The notes under the pieces: generated by a model | Databases searched by the model: none | What the model saw: the letters and a program-made list of their open reading frames with translations, nothing else | Told to the model about the DNA's origin: nothing | Position numbers and translations under genes: made by a program | From: an uncultured Thermoleophilaceae bacterium | Lineage (GTDB): Bacteria; Actinomycetota; Thermoleophilia; Solirubrobacterales; Thermoleophilaceae | Length of the DNA stretch: 64,000 nucleotides | Direction: 5' to 3' | Assembly: GCA_963769675.1 (NCBI GenBank) | Contig: CAVYMS010000009.1 | Location: forward strand, 192,008-256,007 | Shown here: one piece after another, positions 23,559-33,028 of the stretch | How the letters are laid out: each line of letters begins with the position of its first letter | Numbering within the stretch: the stretch's first letter is position 1

Positions 23559-24781
23559 TCAGGGCGCGAACTCGGCGCTCCGCCGGACGCCGCCCGGATC
23601 CCGCGCCGCCGCCGGGCCCGAACTCGCTCCCGGCGGGCGCCTTCGCACCGGCGGCGCAGCGGCGGCCGCGGCCGCCTCGGGCGCGAACTCGTTCGCGGGG
23701 CTCGGCGCGGGCGCCGGCTCGGGCTTGGGGGCCGGGCCGGCGCCGGGCGCCGGAGCCGGCGCGGCGGTCGTGCGCTGCGGCTCGGGCTCAGGCTCGGGCG
23801 CCGGCGGAGCCGGCTCCTCCCGCGCGGGGCGCACCTCGGCGGCGGGCGCGGCACCTGCCTCGGCGGCACGCTCGCTGAGGTGCTCGACGGTGGCGGCGCC
23901 GCCACCGGCCAGGGCGGCCGCGGAGGCGGCGACCGCTGCGGCCTTGCCGCCCACCGTGACGTCCGCGGCCTGCTGGGCCCTGTCGCCGAGACGCGATGGC
24001 CCGCTCGTGAACCGTGCTCGCCGCCCACTCGAGCGCGCCTCGCACCGGCCCGGCGTCGGCGGCGGTGGGAGACAGGACGCCGATCGGCACCAGCGCGCCG
24101 AGACGATCGGGCACCGCCCGGTACTCGCGCAGGCGCGCGCGGCAGGCGAGGCAGGTGCGCAGGTGCGGCCGCAGCGCGGCCAGGTCGGCCGGGCGACGCC
24201 TCGCCGTCGGCCAGAGCGGAGAGCCGCGGCGCGAGGCGCTCGCACTCTGTGCCGGACTCGATGCCCGCCAGCCGCTCGAGGAAGGCCCGCCGGCCCTCGG
24301 CCAGGCAGCGGTTGACCTTCGTGTAGGTCCAGCCCGTCTCCGCGCAGATCTCGCGGTAGCTGTAGCCCTCGGCCCTGAGCAGCAGGCAGCGCACCTCCTG
24401 CGGCTTCAGGCGCCCGAGCGCCTGCGCGCCCATGCGCAGCCGCTCGAAGCGCTCGGCGCGCTCATGGGTCTCGGCCTGCGCCGGCGGAGGCTCGGGCAGG
24501 TCGGCAGGCGCGCCCGCCGGCGTCACACGGCGGCGCTGGCGGCGGATGGCCAGGGCCTCGCGCTTGGTGACCGTGCGCAGCCAGCGGCACAGCTCGTCGT
24601 CGGTGCCGCTCGGCTCGTGGGTCAGGAGGATCTCCGTGGCCCGCTGGTAGGCGTCCTCGGCGTCCTGGGGCTCGCTGGAGTAGCGACGTGCTGTGGCCAG
24701 CATGTCCTGGCCGAAGCGCTCGAGCAGCGCGAGCTTGCCGGTGTGGACCGGCCCTCGTGCGCCCCGCCGCTTGCCACGCAT
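23559..24781 (-). CDS. ECF-type sigma-70 family factor fused in frame to a zf-HC2 anti-sigma-like domain and a Pro/Ala/Glu-rich tail; two frame jumps
   Basis: The sigma part starts at ATG 24781 and includes DAEDAYQRATEILL, LRTVTKREALAIRRQ and the region 4 helix-turn-helix LKPQEVRCLLLRAEGYSYREICAETGWTYTKVNRCLAEGRRAF. With no intervening stop it continues as ECERLAPRLSALADGEASPADLAALRPHLRTCLACRARLREY, which is the zf-HC2 pattern. An Ala-rich hydrophobic segment AAAVAASAAALAGGGAA follows, then APPAPEPEPEP...APKPEPAPAPSP. The frame jumps at 24191-24193 and near 23980. Confidence 0.7.
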
Positions 24782-25048
24782 CCGCTGTCTTCCCGCCCTT
24801 CGCGTCGATCCTCGCCGAACGCAGGTGCCCGGCGCCAGAGGGAACCCGATCGCGACCGCCCCCTCCTGCCACAGAGCCGAGGGCGACGGGGTTCGCCCCC
24901 CTTCTGCCCCCAGTTGCGACGGAATGGTCGAGATTTGTCCCGATTTGCGGGCATTAACGCCCATCCGGGCAAGATCGTCCGCTCCACCGCGCTACATTCA
25001 CCGCTTCCGGCTGTTGCAGTCGGTGAGGTCGCCCCCTAGGTAGTCGCG

Positions 25049-26548
25049 ATGCGGAACGGGCTGGCACGAGAGCTCCAGGAGGTCAAGCCGGCGGCGCCGG
25101 TTGCTCTGCCGACCCGCGACGTGCGCGCCGGCACGCTCCCCCTCCTCGGAGGGTTGCTCCAGTTCGAGACGGTGCGGCGCGCTGCGCGCGTTGCCGTCCT
25201 GATGAGCCTGGACGTGGCGGGCCTCTTCCTGGCCATCTGGACCGCGCTGGCCATCAAGGCCGCCGTCGTCAATCCGATCCGAGGTGGACCTGACGTTCGG
25301 CGCGGCGACCGACGTGGCGCCGCTGGCGTGCCTGGTGATGCTGCTGCTGTTCGCCCGCTCGGGCCTCTACCGCGATCGCCAGCAGCGGCCGGGCTTCGCG
25401 CGCGTGATCTCGTCGCTGTTCCAGGTGACCCTGGTGATCCTCGTATACGCGGTGATCGAGGGAGAGGAGTTTTCCTCCTACTACATCTTCTACGGCTCGC
25501 TGTTCTTCGCGCTGGCCTACGTGTCCACGTTCCGGTGGCTGTACGAGCGGGCCAGCCGGGCGGTGCTGCGCGCGGCGGGCTACCGCCGGCGCGCGGTGCT
25601 GGTGGGCTCGGCCGCCACATGTGGACGCGGTCTCGCGTCGCTCTGCGCGACAGCACGGACATCGATCCGTTCGGCTTCGTGTCCCTGGGCAAGGGCAAGT
25701 CGGAGGGTCTCAGGGACTTCGGGTCGCTCGAGAACCTCGAGCGCCACTTCGACTCGATCGACGAGGTCCTGATCGCCGACCCCGAGTTCCCGCAGGACGA
25801 GGCGGTTGAGCTCGTGGACCGCTGCCACCGCCAGGGCGTGCGGGTGCGGGTGGCCCCCTCCACGATGGAGATCTTGATGGACCGGGTGGAGTTCGTGCCG
25901 GGGCAGTCGCTGCCGCTGTTCGAGCTCAAGCCGCCGGTGTTCGAGGGCGTGGACTTCATCGTCAAGCGCACCTTCGACGTCGTCGGCGCCGCCCTGATGC
26001 TCGTGGCCTGTCGCCGCTGCTGGCCCTGATCACGGTGGCGATCAGGCTCGATTCGCGCGGGCCCGATCCTCTATCGCTCGTACAGGCCGGGCATCGGGGG
26101 CGCGTCGTTCCCGTGCCTGAAGTTCCGCACGATGAGCGACGGGGCCGACTCGATGCAGGGCGCCCTGGAGACGCACAACGAGCAGGGGGGCGCGCTGTTC
26201 AAGATCCGCGAGGACCCACGGGTCACGCGTGTGGGCGCCGTGCTTCGCCGGTGGTCGCTCGATGAACTGCCCCAACTGCTGAACGTGATGCGCGGCCAGA
26301 TGTCCCTGGTTGGCCCGCGGCCGTTGCCCGAGCGGGACTATCAGCGCCTGGAGGACTGGCACCGCAAGCGCTACCTGGTGCTGCCCGGGATGACCGGCCT
26401 GTGGCAGGTCTCCGGCCGGTCGGAGCTCGGGTTCGACGAGCTGGTGCGACTCGACTTCCTCTATCTGGAGCGGTGGTCGGTGTTCCTGGACCTCTCGATC
26501 CTGTTGAAGACCGTGCCGGCAGTGATCCGCTCGCGCGGCGCCTGGTAG
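25049..26548 (+). CDS. polyprenyl-phosphate hexose-1-phosphate transferase (WbaP/ExoY-type priming sugar transferase), several frame jumps
   Basis: The N-terminal TM region is split between ORFs 25049..26029 and 25284..25772. A central CoA-binding-like region follows. The C-terminal bacterial sugar transferase domain in ORF 26132..26548 has LKFRTM upstream, ALFKIREDPRVTRVG, LRRWSLDELPQLLNV and SLVGPRPL. Confidence 0.85.
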
Positions 26549-26551
26549 CGG

Positions 26552-27403
26552 CTAGCCGACGGCGCCGACGGGCGTCAACCGCCCGAGCAGCGAGGGCCGC
26601 CCGACCGCCACGATGCGCGAGCGCATGTCGATCGCGAGCGCGGCGTCGTGCGGACCGCCCTCTGCCTCGGGGAACGCAACCGCGCCGCCCGCCTCGAGCA
26701 CGATCAGCTGGCCGGCGGCGCAGTCCACCGACCGGGTCGGTGCCAGGCTCACGGCTCCGTCGAAGCGCCCCGCCGCCACGTGGCACAGCGACAGCGCCAC
26801 CGAGCCGAGCCCGCGCAGGCGCCTGGCGCCGCTGTCGATCAGCGCGGAGGCGTGGGCGGCCACGAGCCGCGGGTCCGCGGACTCGATGCCCACGATCTCG
26901 AGCGCCTCGCGAGCCGGGGGCCGGGGGAGCTCGCGGCCGTCCAGCCACGCTCCTCTGCCGCGCTCGGCGGTGAACTCCTCGCCGCCGCCGAGGTCGCGCA
27001 CGTAGGCGTGGCGCACGTCTTGCATCCGCGGCCCGTCCGCCACGGCGATCGACAGCGAGAAGGCGGGCGAGCCGCGGGCCGCGTTGCGCGAGCCGTCGAT
27101 CGGGTCGATGACCACGTGGACCGGGCCGCCGCCGTGCAGGTCCACCCGGCCGCGCTCCTCCGAGATCGCCGTCAGGCCTGCGCCGAGCGCCTCCAGCTCG
27201 GCGAAGACCACGTCCTCCACCGCGCGGTCGATCGCGAGCGCCACGTCGCCCCCCGCGCCGGGCCCGGCGGTGGCGCGGCGATCGGGCGCGCTCTCCAGCG
27301 CCCTCAGGGCGCCGGCAGCGGCCCGCCTGCAGAGTGCGCTCCAGTCGATCGCCCCGGCGGGGTCCGCGGATGCAGGCATCGGGCGAGGATACGGCGGGCG
27401 CAC
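26552..27403 (-). CDS. inositol monophosphatase / FBPase family protein
   Basis: Intact ORF. The metal-binding motifs are ISEERG and HVVIDPIDGSRNAARG, and the C-terminal motif is VDCAAGQLIVLEAGG. GTG 27403 lies in the first base of the inverted-repeat element. ATG 27379 (MPASADP) is an equally plausible start. Confidence 0.8.
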   Translation of the reverse strand: MRPPYPRPMPASADPAGAIDWSALCRRAAAGALRALESAPDRRATAGPGAGGDVALAIDRAVEDVVFAELEALGAGLTAISEERGRVDLHGGGPVHVVIDPIDGSRNAARGSPAFSLSIAVADGPRMQDVRHAYVRDLGGGEEFTAERGRGAWLDGRELPRPPAREALEIVGIESADPRLVAAHASALIDSGARRLRGLGSVALSLCHVAAGRFDGAVSLAPTRSVDCAAGQLIVLEAGGAVAFPEAEGGPHDAALAIDMRSRIVAVGRPSLLGRLTPVGAVG

Positions 27404-27571
27404 TAGATGGTTGATTCCTTATTCGTGCACTCGCGGATGACGCGCCATACCGGCGCTGGTTCGTCACCCGAGCCCTCGCAGGTAGCGCTGCTACCTGCTT
27501 CGGACTCGTGCGCCGCCCAGCTTGGTCTGGCGCGCCCCCACGAGCACCCGAATTCGGAATCAACCATCTAG
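27403..27571. repeat. 169-bp rod-like inverted-repeat element (MITE-like, or a structured RNA gene)
   Basis: A perfect 16-bp terminal inverted repeat is present: CTAGATGGTTGATTCC (27403-27418) and GGAATCAACCATCTAG (27556-27571). Hand pairing continues inward to an apical hairpin CAGGTAG/CTACCTG (27479-27497) at the exact centre. The AT-rich ends contrast with the GC-rich surroundings. The element fills the divergent spacer between the IMPase and methyltransferase genes. Confidence 0.7.
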
Positions 27572-27582
27572 CGTCCGCGGCC

Positions 27583-28163
27583 GTGGGCAGCCGCTACGAC
27601 GACGAGATCTGGGCCCTGGTGCCCGCCGACTCGCCGGCGCCGCCGGCGGCATCCGTGGACGCTGGCCCGTGGGCTCGGCGCCGTGCAGGACGCGCTCGAC
27701 CTGGGCTGCGGGGACGGCCGGCTCAGCGCGGAGATCAGGGCCGAGACCCTGACGGTTGCAGACGTGTCTCCCGTCGCACTGGACCGGGCCCGGCAGCGGC
27801 TGCCGGCCGCGCACGCGGTGGAGCTCGAGCTCGACGCGCCGCTGCCATTCGGCGACAACGCCTTCGACCTGGTGCTTTGCGCCGACACGATCGAGCACGT
27901 GCGCGACGTGCAGCTCCTGCTCTCCGAGGCACGACGCGTGCTGCGCCCCGCGGGGCAGACTGGCGGTCACGACCCCGGGGCACGGTCGCCGCACCGCCGT
28001 GGCCGTGCTGACGCGCGGGTTCGAGCGCAGCTTCCCGCCCCTCTCGCCCCACCTGCGCTTCTTCACCAAGCGCTCGTTGCGGCAGCTGCTGGACGAGATG
28101 GGCTTCGAGGTGGTTTCGCTGCGGTCGCGGTCCGGCGTGCTGATGGCCGTGGCGCGCCGCTGA
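27583..28163 (+). CDS. class I SAM-dependent methyltransferase, about two frame jumps
   Basis: GTG 27583 begins GSRYDDEIWALVP. The SAM motif ALDLGCGDGRLS and FDLVLCADTIEHV...ARRVLRP are in ORF 27683..28294. The tail GGRLAVTTPGHG...FFTKRSLRQLLDEMGFEVVSLRS is in ORF 27756..28163. Confidence 0.75.
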
Positions 28164-28171
28164 GTCCTGGC

Positions 28172-30194
28172 TTACCCCTGGATGGCCTGCGCGGCGCTGA
28201 GCTGCAGGTCGGCCGCCTGCTGTGGACCGGGGCGCGACCTTCAGGGCGGCGGTGGCCGTGTCATAGGCGCGCGCCGGCAGGTCCAGGACGTTGAGCTCGT
28301 AGCGGCCGAGCCGGAGCCAGGGCTCCGGATCGAGCGAATGCTCGATCACCGCTTCCTCCAGGAGGCGGTATGCGCGCACGTTGTCGCCGCGCGCGGCCCA
28401 GACCGCGGCCTGCGTCCACAGGGGTTCGGGCGAGTAGGGGTCGACCTCGCGCGCGCGGTCGGCCAGGTCATCGGCCTCGTCCAGGTCGCCCCGGTCCAGC
28501 GCTACCTGGGCGTCGTCGACGGCGCGCTGCGCGCGCTCGGGCTGCCACACCGCCCATGCAAGCAGCGCCGCGGTGATCAGCACGGACGCCGCGGCGACCA
28601 TGCGAACGGGACTCGGGCGGGCGGGGTCGCCGCCGGCGGGCGAAGCGGCGGATTCGTCGCGGCGCCCGAGAGGGCCGAGGCCGGCCACGAAGCCGGCCGC
28701 GACCAGGGCGGCGACCGTGGGCCCTGGCACGAACCAGATCCAGTCGAGCAGCGAGTGTGCGCCGTACACCACGACGCACAGCGCCAGCGCACAGGCGGCG
28801 ACCCGGTTGGTGTCCCAGCCCGGTCGTGGGCGCGTTTGCGGCACCAGCCCGGTGGCGCGTGCGGCCGCCGCGAGCCACGCGGCCAGGAGCGCGAGCATGA
28901 CCGCCAGGCCCACGAGCCCCAGGTCGGCCATCGTCTGTGCCACGTAGCCGTGGGCGTGCCGGGCCGGTACGCCGCTGTCCACGTGCGGGAGGCTCGCCAA
29001 GGCGAACGCGCCTGCGCCCGCGCCGGCCACGGGCCGTTCCTCCAGCACGTCCCAGCTCTGCTCCCAGTAGGCGCTGCGCGAGCTCGACAGGCTGCCCAGA
29101 CGCGCGCCTCCGGCCGGCGGCGCGGAGTCGCCCGTGAGGTCGTCGACGCGGTCGGACACGGCCCCGCCCAGCCCGCGGTCGCTCACGGCCACCGCGCCCA
29201 CGGCCACCAGCGCCGCGACCGAGCACGCCGCCGCCACGGCCATCCCGGCGCGCACGCGTGCACCCGGCCCCGGCCGGCGGCGGGCGTGGGCAACTCCCAG
29301 GGCCAGGCCCGCGGCGAACAGGGCCACGCACATGGCCAGGATCAACAGGCCGAGCTCGCCGGCCACTTCCTCGCGCAGCTGCAACGGCTGGGGCCCCCGC
29401 GCCGTGAAGGCCTCCTTGGACAGCGCCCACGCCGCCACCGGCGCCACGCCGAGGGCGGACACGGCGATCGCCACGACGCTGCGCAGCCGCAGCGGCACAA
29501 CGACCAGCCACACCAGGGCGGCCAGCACCAGGCCGGCCAGCGCGCTGCGCGACTGGGTGAGCAGGACCGTGAGCACGAGGACCCCGATGGCCACCAGCCC
29601 GAGCGCCCGCGACGTGGACGTCCCGTCGCGCCTGGTGGCGAGCCAGAGCGCCGCGGGCGTGCCCAGGGCGGCCATGGCGCCGAGCGCGTTCCAGTACTCC
29701 AGCGGCTCGCTCAACCTGGAGTTGATGATGTCCTCGGCCAGGGCCCCCGGCCAGACACGCGTGAGCAGTGCCCAGCCGGCCACCGCAAGGGAGGCCGTGA
29801 GTACGCCGCCGAGGACCACCGGCGCCGCGCTCGGTCGCAGCCGCGCCGCCGCGACCGCGGTAGCGAACGCGGCAAGGTAGGCGAAGGTGCGGGCGGTCTC
29901 CTCCAGGCTCAGGTCCGGGCCGATGGACCATGAGAGCGAGAGCCCCGTGAGACAGGCCAGCGCCGCGAAGAGCCCGAGCACCACCAGCCCGTGGGCACGT
30001 CCGGGGCGCCCATAGAGCACGGCCGCCGCGAGACCGGCGCCGGCCACGAGCACGATGACGATCTCGACCGTGGTGGTGCGCCCCAGGTCGGCGCCACCTC
30101 TCGCGCCGAAGGCGACGGCGGCTAGCGCCGCGCCTAGGGCGACGCTAGCTGCTCGCGCGCGAGAACCGGCCACGGCGCAGCGCGGCGGCCACAC
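28172..30194 (-). CDS. O-antigen ligase / Wzy-like polytopic membrane protein with C-terminal TPR-like domain; one frame jump near the 3' end
   Basis: The protein has about 10-12 hydrophobic segments. A Wzy_C-like loop is present (LLTQSRSALAGLVLAALVWLVV, then a large periplasmic-type loop with HAHGYVAQTMADLGLVG). The C-terminal helical repeats are DRGDLDEADDLADRAREVDPYSPEPLWTQAAVWAARGDNVRAYRLLEEAV. The hand-translated tail PGPQQAADLQLSAAQAIQG ends at TAA 28172-28174. Confidence 0.75.
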
Positions 30195-30726
30195 CCGGCT
30201 TGCGCCGGCTGACGAGCAGGAGCGTGCCCGCTATGCCAAGCAGGCCGAGCGCGATGAGGGCCAGCAGCACCGGTGTCGGCATGCCGTTGGCGGTCTCGGA
30301 GGCCTCCAGCACCCCGGCGGAGCGCGGGCTCACGCGACGCTCGCCCAGCGCCAGCTCGGTGGCGGCGCGACGGCGCTCGGCCGCGGCCCGCTCGGCCGCG
30401 GTCTTGGGTCCGCCCTTGCTCCCGGTCGTGCCTGCCGCGGCTCCCCCGGAACCGCCGTCCCCGCCGCCGCCGCTGGCAGCGCTTGCCTTCACGCCCCCGC
30501 CGATCGAAGCGGCGATGACGGCCCGGCAATCGCTGTACTCATCGAGGTCGGCCGGGATCTTGCCGAGCGCGCCGCGCCGGTCGGCCTTTGAGTGCTTTCC
30601 GTCGATCGTGCCGTCGGCGGCGCAGTCGCGGATCACCGCCATCGGGTCCGCCGCGGCCGTGGCAGGCAGCGACAGGACCGCAAATGCGGCCGCGAGCACG
30701 CTGAGATGTCTCACTCGTCTGGTCAT
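30145..30726 (-). CDS. secreted hypothetical protein with signal peptide, Gly-rich linker and C-terminal membrane anchor
   Basis: ATG 30726 begins MTRRVRHLSVLAAAFAVLSLPATAAADP. A two-Cys module follows (CAADGTIDGKHSKADRRGALGKIPADLDEYSDC), then a GGGGDGGSGGAAAG linker and a C-terminal TM segment PVLLALIALGLLGIAGTLLLV followed by SRRK. The 3' end overlaps the start of the ligase-like gene. Confidence 0.55.
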   Translation of the reverse strand: MTRRVRHLSVLAAAFAVLSLPATAAADPMAVIRDCAADGTIDGKHSKADRRGALGKIPADLDEYSDCRAVIAASIGGGVKASAASGGGGDGGSGGAAAGTTGSKGGPKTAAERAAAERRRAATELALGERRVSPRSAGVLEASETANGMPTPVLLALIALGLLGIAGTLLLVSRRKPGVAAALRRGRFSRASS

Positions 30727-30832
30727 GCAGGAAACGCCTTGCTCGTGCGGATTGCCCCAATGCACGAGCGGAATGCGGTGAACCAGCTTCGGCAGGCTAG
30801 CAACTGGATTCGCCACGTTCGGGCCGGATCAT

Positions 30833-31915
30833 TCATCTGTCCGCTCCGACCGCTGCGAGGGCCTCCCCGGCGGCGGCGGCCCATGCGGCGGGCGTGAGCT
30901 CGCGCGCCGCCGCGGCCCCGGCCGTGCCGAGGCTGTCGCGCAGGCCTGGCTCGGTCGCGGCGGTTCGCAGCCGTGCGGCCAGGCCGCTCGCATCGCCGGC
31001 CGGGAACGCAAGGCCTGTGTGGCCGTCGCGCAGAAGGCCACCGGCGGCTGCGCCGACGGCATCGCTGGCTATGACCATGGTCCCCTGGAGCATTGCCTCG
31101 TTCACGACCAACCCCCAGGGCTCGGTGAAAGTTGCGGTTCGAATCGATGGCACCACGAGGATGTCGGCCGCCGCATACAGAGCCGGCAGCTCGGATTCGG
31201 CAACGTAGCCAAGCGAGCGGACGCCGGTACCCGCCGCCTCCACGAGTCCCTCGAGGGGGCCGCGACCGGCCACCGCCAGCCCTGCGCCCTGACCCAGGGC
31301 GGCGATCCGCCAGGCGTCGAGCAGCACCCGCAGGCCCTTCTCCTCCTCCAGCCTGCCCACGTACAGGACCAGCAGCTGCGCGTCGCCGGCGCCGGCCCTG
31401 GTGCGCGCCGCGTCCCTGGCCACATCGGACACCTCCGAGCCGAAATGCTCCACGTCGACGGCCTGAGGCGCCACGAACACGTTCCCGCGCGTGCCGCGGG
31501 CCTCTTCCACGTGCCGGCTCACGTGGTCCCCGTAGGTGAGCACCGCGTCGGCGTTGCGGTAGAGGAAGCGGGTGGCCGGCAGCGACAGCGCGTGGGCCGG
31601 GGTGCGGGGGTGCGCCCAGATCGTGGCCCACAGAAGGAACGGGATGCCCCGCATGCGAGCGGCGGCGAAGCTCGCCGGCAGCGCCACCCGGCCGCCAAGG
31701 CCGCAGATGACCGCGCGGTAGCGACCCGAGCCCGCGGCGCGCGCCGCCCCGGCCTGAGTGGTCCGGTGCACGGCCAGCCCCTGAACCGGAGGCCCCGCGC
31801 CGGCGAAGGCCAGCACCTCGGCCCCCTGGGCCTCGGCCAACAGGCGAAACGGCTCGCGGCGGTAGGGCGAAACGACGTTGGTCACGACGCAGACCGGGCG
31901 TGGGTCACCGGGCAC
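30833..31915 (-). CDS. glycosyltransferase family 4 (GT-B)
   Basis: Intact 360-aa ORF. The C-terminal GT1/GT4 signature is LVLYVGRLEEEKG...VVPSIRTATFTEPWGLVVNEAMLQGTMVIASDAVG. Confidence 0.85.
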   Translation of the reverse strand: MPGDPRPVCVVTNVVSPYRREPFRLLAEAQGAEVLAFAGAGPPVQGLAVHRTTQAGAARAAGSGRYRAVICGLGGRVALPASFAAARMRGIPFLLWATIWAHPRTPAHALSLPATRFLYRNADAVLTYGDHVSRHVEEARGTRGNVFVAPQAVDVEHFGSEVSDVARDAARTRAGAGDAQLLVLYVGRLEEEKGLRVLLDAWRIAALGQGAGLAVAGRGPLEGLVEAAGTGVRSLGYVAESELPALYAAADILVVPSIRTATFTEPWGLVVNEAMLQGTMVIASDAVGAAAGGLLRDGHTGLAFPAGDASGLAARLRTAATEPGLRDSLGTAGAAAARELTPAAWAAAAGEALAAVGADR

Positions 31916-31935
31916 GCCGGAGACAGTAGTGCGAG

Positions 31936-33028
31936 ATGCCAGCGCCTACGCTCCCGTCCGTGCCCGGCCGCCCCGACATCGCGCTCGTCTCGCTGCGCAC
32001 CACCATCGGCCTCCAGCGCGTCGACGAGGCCTTCGTCGAGCACGTCCGCGCGGCCGGCGCCAGCTGCGAGCTGCTGCCGATCCATCTGGGTGCCTCGGCG
32101 CACCTGCGGCGCTCGATGGCGCTCACGGACCTGGTGGAGGCGCTAGCGGCCCGGCGCTCGGCCCGTGGCGCCCAGGCGCGCGCCACGGTTTACTCCACGA
32201 TCACCGCGGCCCTGCTGCAGCCGCCCCGCACTCCCTCGGCGATCCGCTTCGACGCGATCGCTGCGCTCAACCGGCCCGGCGCCGGGGGCGCCTGGCAGCG
32301 GCGGCGCGAGCGGCCGGTCCTCGGGCGCTCGACGTTGTTGCTGCCATCCAGCGAGGCCGCCGGAGCCGCGGCGCGCTCGGTGCTGGGAGGATCCGGCCCG
32401 CCGGCGGTGGTCGTGCCGCCACCGGTGGCGCCCCCGCCTGCCGATGCGAGGCCGCCCGGGGACCGTTCGCCGACCGCCGTGGCGTATGCAGGCAATCCCG
32501 CCAAGCGCGGCCTGGACGTCCTGTGCGGCGCCTGGATGCAAGCCGCCCCGGCCGGCGCGACCCTCGCGATCGGGGGGGCCGACCGCGACAAGTGCCTGCG
32601 CTGGCTGGCCCGCACCGGAACGCCCGAGCCGCCCGGGCGTGGAATGGGTCGGCCGGCTGGACCCGGCGCGCTGGCGGGCGCTGGTGGCCTCGGCGCGTGC
32701 GTATGTGAACTCGTCGCGGCAGGAGGAGTGGGGGTTGGCGCAGATGGAGGCGCTGGCCGCGGGTACTCCGCTCGTGACCGTGCCCACGCCCGGACCCAAC
32801 GTCGCTCTGCCGCTTGCGCGTCGGCTGGCCCCGGCGCTGGTGGCCGCCGACAGCACCCCCGCCGCGCTCGCGGGGGCGCTACGCGCGGGCCTGGCATTGA
32901 GCGAGGCCGACCGCAAGCGCTACCGGGTGGAGGCCGCGCGCCTGCTCGAGCCCTACGCCGAGGAGCGCGTTCGCGCGGTGATAGCCGACGAGGTCCTGCC
33001 GCGGCTCCTGGGCGGCAGCTCGTCGTAG
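31936..33028 (+). CDS. glycosyltransferase (GT-B, GT4-like), one frame jump
   Basis: The N-terminal half is in ORF 31936..34248 (PDIALVSLRTTIGLQRVDEAF...VAYAGNPAKRGLDVL). The C-terminal half is in ORF 32165..33028 (VEWVGRLDPARWRALVASARAYVNSSRQEEWGLAQMEALAAGTPLV). The jump is near 32640. Confidence 0.7.

Noticed and set aside
24782-25048. Search for an ECF-type (GGAAC ... CGT) promoter in the sigma / priming-transferase divergent spacer
   Set aside because: GGGAAC and GGAAT words occur, but none has a CGT-type -10 at the expected 16-17-nt spacing. There is no support for a call.
27508-28011. ORF-track start at 27508, which would extend the methyltransferase through the inverted-repeat element
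   Set aside because: The extension reads through the repeat arm and has no methyltransferase-like sequence. GTG 27583, just after the element, gives a normal N-terminus.
32953-33028. 76-bp convergent overlap of two glycosyltransferase genes as a possible antisense regulatory arrangement
   Set aside because: The overlapping tail of the minus-strand gene translates to Arg/Ser-rich filler after the conserved end (…ERWSEAYDEL). This is most simply a run-on to the first available stop in GC-rich DNA.
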